A stretch of 64,000 bases of DNA from Polyangiaceae bacterium (GTDB lineage Bacteria > Myxococcota_A > Polyangia > Polyangiales > Polyangiaceae): positions 416,001 to 480,000 of the forward strand of contig CBDCTZ010000005.1 in assembly GCA_965222375.1 (NCBI GenBank), read 5' to 3'. The translations under genes and the position numbers were made by a program. The first letter of the stretch is position 1; each line of letters opens with the position of its first letter. The notes under the pieces are model-generated. The model had not been told where the DNA came from. It was given only the letters and a program-made list of their open reading frames with translations, and ran no database searches. Below, piece after piece: positions 1 through 9,857 of this stretch.

Positions 1-878
1 CAGCCGGCAGCAACACCGAGGCTCCCCTCGAAAGCGCCATGCCGGCGCCCCCGCCGCCACGCCAACTGCGGCCCGGAGGTCGCTCCGCTCACGTGCTCGC
101 GGTTTTCAACCACAAGGGCGGAACGGGCAAGACCACGACCAGTGTCACTCTTGCTGCTGGCCTCGCGGCTCGGGGTTTTCGAGTTCTCCTCGTGGATGTG
201 GATGGTCAAGGCAACGTCGCCATGTCCCTGGGCCTGACTCAGGAGCGCTCTCTGTATCACGTGCTGGTGATGGGGCTGGCGCTGGACCAAGCCAAAGCGG
301 AGGCGCGCGCTGGCCTGGACGTACTGTGTGCCAACGAGACTCTCGCGGCCGCGGAGCTGTATCTGGCAGGACGAGCCGAGCGGGATCGCGTGCTGGCCGA
401 CCGCCTGCAACCTGCGAGGAGCGACTACGACTTCATCGTGCTCGACTGTTCGCCGAGCCTTTCCTTGCTCAACCAGAATGCACTGGTCTTCGCGGATGCC
501 GTGCTCTGTCCCGTCGGTTGCGACTATCTGTCCTTGGTCGGTGTTCGGCAGGTGCTTCGCACGATCAAACAAGTGAACAAGTTGTTGAGCCACCCCATAG
601 CGCTGTGGGGTGTTCTCCCGACGTTCTTCGATGCGCGAGCGAAGATTTGTCACGAGGCACTCTCGACGCTCCGAGAGCACTTCGGCGATCGCTGCTTCGA
701 GCCCATCCGGATCGCAACCAAGTTCAAGGAGGCTCCTGCTCGCAACCTCACCGTGCTCGAGCACGCCCGAGGAACTAGCGCTGCTCAAGATTACGAACGC
801 GTCGTGGACCGCCTTGTGGCCGCCGCGGCAGCCCCATCACAGATCATAAATACGGCCCAGGTAGGAGGTGCGCGGTGA
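1..878 (+). CDS. ParA/Soj-family ATPase (frame open to window edge, may be 5'-partial; first ATG at 39)
   Basis: Deviant Walker A KGGTGKTT, VLLVDVDGQGN, DFIVLDCSPSL. Frame has no stop from position 3 to 39. Confidence 0.9.
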   Translation, partial: AGSNTEAPLESAMPAPPPPRQLRPGGRSAHVLAVFNHKGGTGKTTTSVTLAAGLAARGFRVLLVDVDGQGNVAMSLGLTQERSLYHVLVMGLALDQAKAEARAGLDVLCANETLAAAELYLAGRAERDRVLADRLQPARSDYDFIVLDCSPSLSLLNQNALVFADAVLCPVGCDYLSLVGVRQVLRTIKQVNKLLSHPIALWGVLPTFFDARAKICHEALSTLREHFGDRCFEPIRIATKFKEAPARNLTVLEHARGTSAAQDYERVVDRLVAAAAAPSQIINTAQVGGAR

Positions 879-1171
879 GCGATTCAAATGATTTTCGACA
901 GGCAGCGGCACGGGTGCTCGACCGAGACGAAGTCGAGGGCGTGCTTTCGCAGAGCTTCTACAAACCCACTCCGGCCAATGCCAAGCCGGCCCAAGAAAAG
1001 GCCTGTCATTACAAGGTGATATGCATTTCGCTCTACCTCGACGATTTGGCGCGGCTCGACGCCAAGGTTGAGCAGCTCAAGGCCCGTGGCCTGACCAAGG
1101 CCAATCGCAGCGCCCTGATCCGCTTTGCTCTCGACGAAGTCGATCTAGACAAAGTGCCCAAGGGGCTGTGA
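875..1171 (+). CDS. Small putative ribbon-helix-helix protein, ParA partner
   Basis: GTGA overlap with the parA stop, AGGAGG RBS. C-terminal KVICISLY strand, helix, then NRSALIRFAL, resembling RHH. Confidence 0.7.
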   Translation: MSDSNDFRQAAARVLDRDEVEGVLSQSFYKPTPANAKPAQEKACHYKVICISLYLDDLARLDAKVEQLKARGLTKANRSALIRFALDEVDLDKVPKGL

Positions 1172-1213
1172 TCTCCATGGGGCCCGCCCTGGGCCCGTGG
1201 AGCCCCCCTGAAC

Positions 1214-2293
1214 GTGCCAAGCCTCGAAGCGCAACCCAATAGAGCCGATCCCGAGAGCGTCGCCCGCCGCCTCGAGATTTCAAAAGAAGCGGCGGAGCTC
1301 TACCTATCCAGCGATGTGCTGGACCTCCACATCGATTCGTTCATTTGGAATCGCATCTTTGGATACGACCTCTCGCGCCGCCACGGTCACGGACTATTCG
1401 GAGCGTGCTTCTACAGTCAGGTCGACTTCCCACGCATCCTCGAAGCCGGGATCACCGGCGCAACTTGGATCATCACCACGAACCCCTTGCGCACGGCGCG
1501 GGGTCGTGCACGAGCTTTTACCAAGAATCTCGAACGGTTACGCGGTATCTTTGTCGCGGCTTCAGAGCATTTCGCGATCGTCAGAAACGCCGCCGAATAC
1601 GAGGCCGCGCGTGCCCAAGGAAAGCATGGCGCCTTCTTTGGGGTCCAAGGCGGCAACGCCCTGGACGTCAGCCCAGACGCTCTCGATCTCATCGTCGACG
1701 ATCTGATCCTGCGGATCACCTTGGTACACTTGACATCCTCGAGCCTGGGCGCGACCAGCTCTCCGCTCCGCTTCGGATCCGATCCGGGGCTGACAGATCG
1801 CGGTCGAGACTACGTTCGTCTGCTCAACGAAAAGAACATCTTCGTGGATCTGGCCCACGTCTCCAAAAAGGGCTTTTGGGACGCGGTGGAGGTGCACGAC
1901 AAGAGCAAGCCCATGATTGTGACTCACACCGGCGTCAGCGGTGTCACACCCCACTGGCGCAATCTGGACGACGACCAGCTCAAAGCCATCGCTGACAGCG
2001 GTGGCACCGTCGGCGTCATGTATCAGTCGAGTTTCCTAGGGGATGGCGCGTTTTCCGGGCGCGCAGAGTCGGTGGCCGAGCACCTGCTGCATATCGTCCA
2101 GACCGTAGGCAACGACTACGCGAGTTTGGGAAGCGACTGGGACGGCGCGATCACAACTCCGCGGAATATGAAGACCTGCCTTGAGCTGCCGTTGCTGGTA
2201 GACATCCTGCTGCGACGCGGTCTTGCGGCAAGTTCGGTCCAGAAGATCCTGGGTAAGAACTTCCTTCGCACGGTCCGCCTGCTACGGGGGTGA
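1214..2293 (+). CDS. Membrane dipeptidase (peptidase M19 family)
   Basis: DLHID, VDLAH, VTHTG, RNLDDDQL, LGSDWDG and KILGKNFLR motifs. Confidence 0.88.
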   Translation: MPSLEAQPNRADPESVARRLEISKEAAELYLSSDVLDLHIDSFIWNRIFGYDLSRRHGHGLFGACFYSQVDFPRILEAGITGATWIITTNPLRTARGRARAFTKNLERLRGIFVAASEHFAIVRNAAEYEAARAQGKHGAFFGVQGGNALDVSPDALDLIVDDLILRITLVHLTSSSLGATSSPLRFGSDPGLTDRGRDYVRLLNEKNIFVDLAHVSKKGFWDAVEVHDKSKPMIVTHTGVSGVTPHWRNLDDDQLKAIADSGGTVGVMYQSSFLGDGAFSGRAESVAEHLLHIVQTVGNDYASLGSDWDGAITTPRNMKTCLELPLLVDILLRRGLAASSVQKILGKNFLRTVRLLRG

Positions 2294-2316
2294 GCGCGGC
2301 GGCGGCCCTCCGACAG

Positions 2317-2340
2317 GAAACGGGCCCAAACGCCCGTTTC
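2317..2340. terminator. Hairpin between convergent genes (possible bidirectional terminator)
   Basis: Perfect 9-bp stem GAAACGGGC-ccaaac-GCCCGTTTC between stops at 2293 and 2361. Confidence 0.6.
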
Positions 2341-2360
2341 AGGCTCGCCCCTGGAGGCGT

Positions 2361-3101
2361 TCAGGCGTCTAGCTGCTCGAGATCGAAGTCCCGCTCGTCT
2401 TCGCGCGCATCTTCGCTCGGATCGCTGGCAGCGGTGTAGCTGCTCGCCTCTTCTTCCTCTTCGTCCCGATACTCGGGCCCTTCAATCTCATCCTTGCTCA
2501 ACTTGGGCAGTCGGCGGCGCCCGACGGGGCCCTCGTCCACGAAATCGCGCAGCGCCATCATGTCGCGAAGAGCTTCCAACTTCGCAAGAGCCTTGACTTC
2601 CACCTGTCGGATGCGCTCGCGGGTCAGATTCATGATTGCTCCTACATCTTCCAAGGTTGTGCCCCCGCGGTCCGCAACGTCTAGCGCGCAGGTTTCGCCC
2701 ATGTCCCAGACCTCCAGGTCGGGGAAGTTCAGCTTGATTGCACCTGTGCGAGGAGACACGTCGATGAACAAGTGGTGCTTGCATGACACATAGGGACACG
2801 GGCGTGGCCCGTCGACGCATTCGGAACGAGTCTTGGGCTTCCAGTAGTCCGTTTCAGGGTACAGCAGGCGGCCGATTTCGAGCTCCCGCTTGGTCATTCG
2901 CTTGACGCTGATAGTGCGAGCGCGAATGTCGCGCTTACGGCGTGAACGCCGCTGCTCGCGAGTGATCGACTCCTCGGTTCCAGGCTCCAGTGCCGTAGCA
3001 CCTTCCGTCGAGAGCTCCAGGGCCGCCGCACCCTCCGTCGGGTACGACTCACCAACGCCGACTTCCTTGTCCTCTTGCCCCTCAGCTTTCTTCGAATCCA
3101 T
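2361..3101 (-). CDS. Sigma70 region-4-like HTH protein with Cys/His cluster
   Basis: [27 protein letters not shown] (sigma r4.2-like), preceded by [16 protein letters not shown] and CALD. GGAGG RBS before ATG at 3101. Confidence 0.8.
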   Translation of the reverse strand: MDSKKAEGQEDKEVGVGESYPTEGAAALELSTEGATALEPGTEESITREQRRSRRKRDIRARTISVKRMTKRELEIGRLLYPETDYWKPKTRSECVDGPRPCPYVSCKHHLFIDVSPRTGAIKLNFPDLEVWDMGETCALDVADRGGTTLEDVGAIMNLTRERIRQVEVKALAKLEALRDMMALRDFVDEGPVGRRRLPKLSKDEIEGPEYRDEEEEEASSYTAASDPSEDAREDERDFDLEQLDA

Positions 3102-3326
3102 GCGCCTGCCTCCCAGCAATCAACTCGTCCAAATTCTCATCCGCACACGCACGATCCCTGTCGCGCTCGGGGTCCTGCCCCGACCACGCTGGTACCGTTT
3201 CGACTTCAAGTGCCCCCCAGGCGATTCACCGCCGACTCGGTGACGTGCTGCGACGATCCAGTCGTCGCGCCGCCGCCGGCAGCGAATCGAAGATCGTTGT
3301 TATCCGGTTTCCCTCGTCATCGTTCC

Positions 3327-3842
3327 TCAAGACGCCGCTGCGCGTTCGATGCGCGCTCGCGACGAGAGCCTGGCTTCAATGGTGCGCAGCCGTGACAGCA
3401 AGTCCTTGCTGACCGTGCGCGCGTCTTTGACATCCCGAGCGACCGCTTGGGCTACGGCTTCCTTGCGGCGCTTCTTCAGAACGCCGCCCAGCTTGCCAAA
3501 GATACTGGACAGAGACTGCTCCAGCTGCTGTAGGTCGGCGCGCATGAACAGAACCTCGCGCTGGATCTGCTCGATGGTGTAGCTCTGGGCCATCATCTGC
3601 TTGATGCGGACGATCTCGCGAACCACACTGACGGGATAGATCCCCTGGGAGCCGCGGTGCTTTCCCTTGCGCCCCACTCGGATGCTGCGTGGCAGTAGGC
3701 CGAGCTGCACGTACTTGCGAAGAGTCGCTTCGCTGAGGGCAACACCGTGCTCCGCGAAGAGATCGAGAATCTCGGCAGAAGTCAGGCCGGCCGCGCTCTC
3801 ACGCTCTATCCGGTCCAATGTGCTGTCGTCGATCACGTTCAT
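3327..3842 (-). CDS. MerR-like HTH DNA-binding protein
   Basis: SEATLRKYVQLGLLPR...GIYP...IVRIKQMMAQSYTIEQI, followed by a coiled coil. Confidence 0.7.
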   Translation of the reverse strand: MNVIDDSTLDRIERESAAGLTSAEILDLFAEHGVALSEATLRKYVQLGLLPRSIRVGRKGKHRGSQGIYPVSVVREIVRIKQMMAQSYTIEQIQREVLFMRADLQQLEQSLSSIFGKLGGVLKKRRKEAVAQAVARDVKDARTVSKDLLSRLRTIEARLSSRARIERAAAS

Positions 3843-4201
3843 TTCTAATCTGTCCCGGCGCGATCTGCGCCATCGAACGCGAGCGAATATATTCCACTGA
3901 ATGGATCAACCAAAACACTTTCACATCAAAAATTTGCGCAAAGTCGAGAGCAGCTCCATGGACGCTGCCAACGCGCTTAGCTAAGACATTGTTTGTCATA
4001 TCTCATGGAATGTCCATGGAGCTGATTCACCGTCCATACCTACATGGACCGACACGCATGTCGGGTTTCGAACTGCCGCGATCCGCGCGGGTCCTGAACG
4101 TTCGTTGCGATCGCACACCGATCTACCTTTACCTACACGGTATTCAAAGATCGCACCCCCGGCACGCACTGATGCTTCAGCCGCGAAAGACAAGCTCAAC
4201 T

Positions 4202-5167
4202 TCAACGCGACGTTTTCTCAGACCCATCGCGCGGCAGCACCAAACGACTGCCCAAACGCACTCGCGGAGTTGCCGCCTTCATCCGCCCAGCAAGCCCAGG
4301 GCGCAGCATAGCCACCCGCCTTCTCAGTTCACGCCGGGCCTCTTGGGGGTTCGTGGCCGCGAGAAACGATTCCGCAGCCACGGCTGGGCTCGCCGGTCGA
4401 TCTTGCGGACAGCGTTGCAAAAGAGCCAGAAGCAGCTCGGCAACGCTGGGGTCCAGCGGGGGCGTGGCGGGCGCTGGTGCTTCGAGAATGGACCGGGCTC
4501 GCTCCCTTGGCGATCTTCCACCGAAGGGGTGATTCCCCGCAGCGAGCTGGAACAGAACCACCCCGAGTGCAAACAGATCGCTGCGGGCGTCGAGGCTGCC
4601 GCCAAGCAGCTGCTCCGGCGACGCGTAGGAGAGCTTTGCCTTGATGCAGCGCGCGTCCGTCCAGGAGTCACGATCCCAGGCTCGGGCAATTCCGAAATCC
4701 GTCAGCTTCACATCCCCGTGGCTCGAAATCAGGATGTTGTGGGGGCTGACGTCGCGATGCACCAACCCGCCTTCAACGGCGCTACTGGCGGCTGCGAGAG
4801 CGCGACACACCCGCAGCCCGACATACGCAACAGCTGCCGCACTGAGGGGCGTACCCAGGGTTGGGGAAGGCCCCAACCCTGCCAAGCAGATCCCATCCAC
4901 GAGCTCGAGGGCAAGCGCGACGCGACCGTCGCGCAGTTCGAGCGCCTCCACCAGCCTAACGACACTCTCATCGTCTATCGCCGAAAGCAGCCTGGCCTCT
5001 TCCCAAACCCCCCGCGTGGGTCCGGCAACGATAGGAACTTTCAGGCAGACCAACCGAGTGCTGCCCCGACACACCCGCCGGGCCCGATACGCACGGGCAT
5101 AGCCGCCGCGTCCGATACAGCTGAGTAGTTCGTACACGGCCCCGTCGCGGGACGTAATGCGCTTCAT
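4202..5167 (-). CDS. Hanks-type Ser/Thr protein kinase (soluble, kinase domain only)
   Basis: IGRGGY, VCLK, HRDVSPHN, DFG, YASPEQ, SDLFALG. Confidence 0.85.
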   Translation of the reverse strand: MKRITSRDGAVYELLSCIGRGGYARAYRARRVCRGSTRLVCLKVPIVAGPTRGVWEEARLLSAIDDESVVRLVEALELRDGRVALALELVDGICLAGLGPSPTLGTPLSAAAVAYVGLRVCRALAAASSAVEGGLVHRDVSPHNILISSHGDVKLTDFGIARAWDRDSWTDARCIKAKLSYASPEQLLGGSLDARSDLFALGVVLFQLAAGNHPFGGRSPRERARSILEAPAPATPPLDPSVAELLLALLQRCPQDRPASPAVAAESFLAATNPQEARRELRRRVAMLRPGLAGRMKAATPRVRLGSRLVLPRDGSEKTSR

Positions 5168-5307
5168 ACTGAGACATCGGCCACAGCCCGGGTCGGGTTG
5201 CGTGCGGATTCCTTGGGCGGTTTCGGGCGTCTATTGGCTCCAGGCAGCGCTCGCGGCGCCCAGCAGCCCTTTTCGGCAGCCGGTCCTTTGGTTAGCCTGC
5301 CGCAGCA

Positions 5308-6126
5308 TTGAGCGACGTGCAGCGCGATGTGTTGGCGAGCGGCGTTCGCGTCCGTGTCGCTGATTGCGGAGATGGCTCTCCCATCATGCTTCTTCATGGC
5401 GCGTTGATGGACCATTCCACCTGGGCTGAGGTGGGTGGCATCCTCGGAGACCGTCACCGCTTGCTTGCACCAGACCTGCCCGGTTCTGGGGAAAGCGAGA
5501 AGCCGCCGCCAGCCCGTTTCGCCTACGGCATCGACGCATTCGCCCATACCGTTGCAGATCTATACGCCGGCCTGTCCCTCTCCCGAACGGCGCTCGTGGG
5601 TCATGGGCTCGGCGGCGCCGTCGCGCTGACTCTGGCCGCCAAACACCCCGAGCTCGTCGAGCGCCTGATCGTCGTCGACGCGTGGTGTTATCCGAGTCCA
5701 CCGCTGCTGGAGCAGCGGTTGGCCCAAACGCCCTTTCTGGGAGGTTTGGTGTTCAAGCAGTTGTGGAATCGAACGAGCTTTCGAAGCTTCTTCGCACGGC
5801 GGTTGGGGCATCGGGGCGCAATTCCCGTAGACCGGATCGACCGCTACTACGACGCCTTCAGCACTCCCGCGGCGAGGAGCTGCGCCCTTGCCACTCTGCG
5901 CGCTACAGTGGATACGCGCTCAGTGGCGGCGCAGGTCGGACGCATCCAAGCCAAAACGCTCGTGATCTGGGGTCGCCACGATGCCTGGATCCCTGCCGCC
6001 TTCGGCCGGCGGCTGTCTCGAGAAATCCGACACGCAGGCTTTCTGCTGCTCGACGCCGGGCATTGCCCCCAGGAAGAGCGGCCGGAGGAGGTGGCAAAGG
6101 CGATCACGGATTTCATCCAACGCTGA
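5308..6126 (+). CDS. Alpha/beta-fold hydrolase (nucleophile position is Gly)
   Basis: LLHG, APDLPGSGES, GHGLGG elbow, IWGRHD, AGHCPQEERP. Confidence 0.85.
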   Translation: MSDVQRDVLASGVRVRVADCGDGSPIMLLHGALMDHSTWAEVGGILGDRHRLLAPDLPGSGESEKPPPARFAYGIDAFAHTVADLYAGLSLSRTALVGHGLGGAVALTLAAKHPELVERLIVVDAWCYPSPPLLEQRLAQTPFLGGLVFKQLWNRTSFRSFFARRLGHRGAIPVDRIDRYYDAFSTPAARSCALATLRATVDTRSVAAQVGRIQAKTLVIWGRHDAWIPAAFGRRLSREIRHAGFLLLDAGHCPQEERPEEVAKAITDFIQR

Positions 6127-6252
6127 CACACGCGACCTATACATCTATTTGATTTTATTGACTTTTTTTAAAGTACACCAGAAGCCCCGCACCTGCCGCT
6201 AGCTTTGGGGGTCGCCGGCTCACGCCGAAAAGTGCGATGAACACAGGTACGG

Positions 6253-7119
6253 ATGTGGGACCCCCGCGCCACTAGACGTTTCCTCGCCAACCGTGGGGCC
6301 ACGGTGGGCGTCGCACTCGTCGTGCTGCTGGTGCTGTTTGCGGCAATCGGACCGTGGCTTTCGGGTCAACCTCCGAACCTCAGCGACTTCGAACAGGGGC
6401 GCGATGCCTCGGGCAGGCTGGCGGGCTCCTCCGCCCGGCACTGGCTGGGCGTGGACCAACTGTTGCGCGATGTGTTCAGTCGCCTGGCCCACGGTGCGCG
6501 GGTGAGCCTGCTGGTCGCGTTCTTCGCGACCGGGATCTCGATCGCCGTCGGCGCCGTGGTCGGTCTGCTCGCTGGCTACGCCGAAGGCACGAGAGCCCAA
6601 GCCCTTGATACGGCGCTGATGCGATTCGTCGATATCGGCCTCTCCTTCCCGTACCTTCTCTTGGTCATGGCGATTGGCGCAGCCGTGGGCGACACGACCA
6701 TCGTGACCATCCTGTTGGTGCTAGGATTGACCAGCTGGTTCGGAACGGCTCGGATCATCCGAAGCAAGACGATTCAGATCCGGTCCCTGGACTTCATCGC
6801 TGCCTCTCGGGGCTTGGGTCAATCCACTCCGCGCATCCTGCTCGCCCACATCCTGCCCAACGTAGCCGGGCCGCTGATCGTCATCGCCAGCGCCTCTGTT
6901 GCTCAGATGATCATTGCCGAGAGCGTGCTCAGCTATCTGCAGGTAGGGCTCCCCCCACCCACGGCAACCTGGGGACGCATGCTGCAAGAAGGACAGCGGT
7001 ACTACACCTTGGCGCCGTGGTTGGTGATCGCGCCGGGCGTGATGATCTTTCTCTCGGTACTAGGCTTCAATCTGCTCGGGGAGGGCCTGCGCGATGCGCT
7101 CGATCCGCACGAAGATTGA
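6253..7119 (+). CDS. Peptide/nickel ABC transporter permease (OppC/DppC family)
   Basis: HWLGVDQLLRDVFSRL, HILPN, AESVLSYL, FNLLGEGLRDALDP. Confidence 0.92.
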   Translation: MWDPRATRRFLANRGATVGVALVVLLVLFAAIGPWLSGQPPNLSDFEQGRDASGRLAGSSARHWLGVDQLLRDVFSRLAHGARVSLLVAFFATGISIAVGAVVGLLAGYAEGTRAQALDTALMRFVDIGLSFPYLLLVMAIGAAVGDTTIVTILLVLGLTSWFGTARIIRSKTIQIRSLDFIAASRGLGQSTPRILLAHILPNVAGPLIVIASASVAQMIIAESVLSYLQVGLPPPTATWGRMLQEGQRYYTLAPWLVIAPGVMIFLSVLGFNLLGEGLRDALDPHED

Positions 7120-8848
7120 GCTCTTCATCGCGAGCCTGGCATTACTGGGCTGCGAAGGACGAGTGGCACCGCCCATCGGCGTCGATCGCCCTGGGCCACC
7201 CCAGCGCGGCGGCACCTTGCGCACAGCATTCTTCACGGATGTGCGCTCTCTCGATGCGGCCACGGCGTTCGACACGGCCAGCGCTGCCATCGAGTCCCTC
7301 ATCTACGATCGCTTGGTTACCTACGACGCCAAAGGCAAGATCACTCCTCAGTTGGCCGAGAGCGTCGACGTCGAAGACGGCGCGAAGCGCTACGTGTTCA
7401 CGTTGCGCCGAGGCGTGCTCTTCCACGACGGCACGCCACTGACCGCGGCGGATGTCAAGCGCAGCATTCAGCGCTCGCTACACCACAAGACGCCCTGCCC
7501 GGTGCCCTCCTACTACGAGCGAATCGTCGGCTACAAAGCGTACCACGACGGCAAGGCCAAAGAACTGTCCGGCGTTCGCGTGGAAGGCGACCATGTGATC
7601 AGCATCCAGCTCACGGAGCCCGACGCCACCTTCCTGCACATCATGGCGTTGCCCATCGTAGCGCCGGTATGCAAGAGCGCGGGCGAGACTTGGGATAGGG
7701 ATTTTTCGAGCAACCCTTGCGGAACCGGCCCGTTCAAGGTGACACGCTACGACAACGGCCAGATCATCCGCGTCGTGCGTCACGATGGCTACTGGGAGAA
7801 CGGCAAACCCTACCTGGACGCGATCGAATGGTACTTGGCCATGCAATCGTTCACCCAGCGATTCAAGTTCGAGCGCGGAGATCTGGACTACATGCGCGAG
7901 TTCAGCGAAGCCGACTCACAGCTCTACCGAACCAGCCCTCAGTGGCGCGGCCGCGGCGAGTGGGGGGCCAGTCTGACTACGGTCGGGACCCTCATGAACA
8001 ACGAGATGGCGCCCTTCGACAACCGGCATTTCCGACGAGCGGTGGCCTTTGCAATCAACCGAGACCAAGTGGCCGCGATCCGACCCGGCCACGTGCAGGC
8101 ACACACCAAGATTGTACCCAACGCACTCATTCCGACCACGCCGGGCTACCCGGGCCAGCGCTACGACTACCAGCAGGCGTTAGAGGAGTTGAAGCTCGCG
8201 GGCTATCCCTACGATCCTGAGACCGGAAAGGGCGGCTACCCCCACGAGATCCCTTATCTCGCGATCATCGACTCCCACTCGGCTCAGGCCGCCGAGGTGT
8301 ATCAGCAACAGCTGGCGCGGATTGGGATCCGGATCCGCATCCAGCTGGTCGGCTGGCCCACGTACTTGGCCAGGAGCAGTCGACCCAAGACCGTTCCGAT
8401 GGGCTTCGTAGGGTGGCACGCCGACTTCCCCGACCCCAGCACTTTTTTCGAGCCGATTTTGGCCAGCAAGGCGATCCAGAAAGAGGAGAGCCAGAACGCC
8501 GCATTCTTTCGAAACAAGGAGCTGGACGCAGTTTTGGAGCGCGCCCGTCGCTCCGCTGACAACGCCGAGCGCCTACGCCTGTATCGCCGCGCCGAGGAGA
8601 TCGTCGCCGAGGAAGCACCCTGGGCCACGTCCTACGCCTACCGCTACTTCGAACTCTGGCATCCCTATGTTCACGGGTATCGCCCGCACCCGGTCATGAC
8701 CCAGTACGTTCGTGACATGTGGTTCGACGCTGCGGGTCGCAAAGTTGCGAGCGCACGGCGCTGCGGCTCAGCGCTGGCCATATCAGATCGGCGTTGCCGA
8801 AAGACGAGGGCGCGCACCACCCTGGCAGCTACGGGGCTCTTGCCATGA
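7094..8848 (+). CDS. Peptide/nickel ABC substrate-binding lipoprotein (OppA/DppA, SBP family 5)
   Basis: Lipobox LLGC, PQLAES, LRRGVLFHDGTPLTAADV, GTGPF, FRRAVAFAINR. Confidence 0.92.
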   Translation: MRSIRTKIELFIASLALLGCEGRVAPPIGVDRPGPPQRGGTLRTAFFTDVRSLDAATAFDTASAAIESLIYDRLVTYDAKGKITPQLAESVDVEDGAKRYVFTLRRGVLFHDGTPLTAADVKRSIQRSLHHKTPCPVPSYYERIVGYKAYHDGKAKELSGVRVEGDHVISIQLTEPDATFLHIMALPIVAPVCKSAGETWDRDFSSNPCGTGPFKVTRYDNGQIIRVVRHDGYWENGKPYLDAIEWYLAMQSFTQRFKFERGDLDYMREFSEADSQLYRTSPQWRGRGEWGASLTTVGTLMNNEMAPFDNRHFRRAVAFAINRDQVAAIRPGHVQAHTKIVPNALIPTTPGYPGQRYDYQQALEELKLAGYPYDPETGKGGYPHEIPYLAIIDSHSAQAAEVYQQQLARIGIRIRIQLVGWPTYLARSSRPKTVPMGFVGWHADFPDPSTFFEPILASKAIQKEESQNAAFFRNKELDAVLERARRSADNAERLRLYRRAEEIVAEEAPWATSYAYRYFELWHPYVHGYRPHPVMTQYVRDMWFDAAGRKVASARRCGSALAISDRRCRKTRARTTLAATGLLP

Positions 8849-9840
8849 TCGCTCATCTACTCCGCCGCGTCGGTTGGTCCCTGTTCACCATCTGGGCAGT
8901 GATCACGAGTACCTTCCTGATCTACAACGTGCTGCCGGAGGACCCCGCGCGGGTCATTGCGGGCCCTCAGGCGCGGCCCGCGGACGTCGCGCGGATCCGG
9001 ACCCAACTCGGCCTCGATAAGCCCATCCTGCAGCGCTACGCACGCTACATGAGCGGATTGGTTTCCATCGGCGGGGGCCCCGCGGAACCCAAGAAAGACT
9101 CAGCTTGGAAAGTGGGTCCAGTGCGGATCGACCTGGGCGTCAGCTACTTGAAACGTCGACCCGTCGTGGTGCTGTTGAAGAAAGCGTTGCCTCCCACATT
9201 GCTGGTCGGTGTGTTGGCCATCGCGATTCAGGTCGCCATTGGCGCTCTCGGCGGGGTGGTTGCAGCGATGCGACGGCACACCGTATTCGATTGGGGCACG
9301 GTGGCGCTCACCCTCGTGGGCATCAGTGCGCCCACATTCCTCACCGGGCTCTTGTTGCAGCACTTCATGGCCAGGGAGCTCATGCTCTTCCCGCTGGACG
9401 GCTATGGCGAAACTACGGGCGAGCAGCTGCACTCCGCGATATTGCCAGCCATCACTCTCGGCCTATTCGGCGCCGCGTACTACACGCGCCTGGTGCGGGA
9501 CGAGATGATCACCCTGCTTAAGCAAGACTACGTCCGAACCGCCCGTGCCAAGGGTCAGCGAGAGTGGGTCGTGGTCTACAAGCACGCGCTGCGCAATGCT
9601 CTCATGCCTCTCGTCACCGTGGTCGGGCTCAGCATGGGCATGCTGGTCGGCGGCGCAATCGTGACGGAGAAGATCTTCCGCTGGCCGGGCATTGGCTCCT
9701 TGAGCGTCGACGCCATAGTCGAGCGAGATGGACCCGTAATCATGGGCGTGGTGATCCTATTTTCCACGGTGGTCGTTTTCGCGAACCTCTTGGTCGACGT
9801 TTCCTACGCCCTGCTCGACCCACGGGTTCGCAAGCGATGA
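8845..9840 (+). CDS. Peptide/nickel ABC transporter permease (OppB/DppB family)
   Basis: ATGA overlap at 8845. LGLDKP, DYVRTARAKG, HALRNAL, TEKIFRWPGIG, LDPRVR. Confidence 0.92.
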   Translation: MIAHLLRRVGWSLFTIWAVITSTFLIYNVLPEDPARVIAGPQARPADVARIRTQLGLDKPILQRYARYMSGLVSIGGGPAEPKKDSAWKVGPVRIDLGVSYLKRRPVVVLLKKALPPTLLVGVLAIAIQVAIGALGGVVAAMRRHTVFDWGTVALTLVGISAPTFLTGLLLQHFMARELMLFPLDGYGETTGEQLHSAILPAITLGLFGAAYYTRLVRDEMITLLKQDYVRTARAKGQREWVVVYKHALRNALMPLVTVVGLSMGMLVGGAIVTEKIFRWPGIGSLSVDAIVERDGPVIMGVVILFSTVVVFANLLVDVSYALLDPRVRKR

Positions 9841-9857
9841 GCGCCATGGACCGATAG

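Noticed and set aside
3996..4205. 69-aa minus ORF overlapping the kinase stop
   Set aside because: TTG start, no RBS or motif, atypical composition; more likely part of the promoter region of the MerR-like gene.
3818..5128. 436-aa + strand ORF
   Set aside because: Antisense shadow of the Ser/Thr kinase; no motifs.
6137..6176. NikR operator in front of the ABC operon
   Set aside because: No GTATGA-N16-TCATAC-like dyad; a link to nikR is unsupported.
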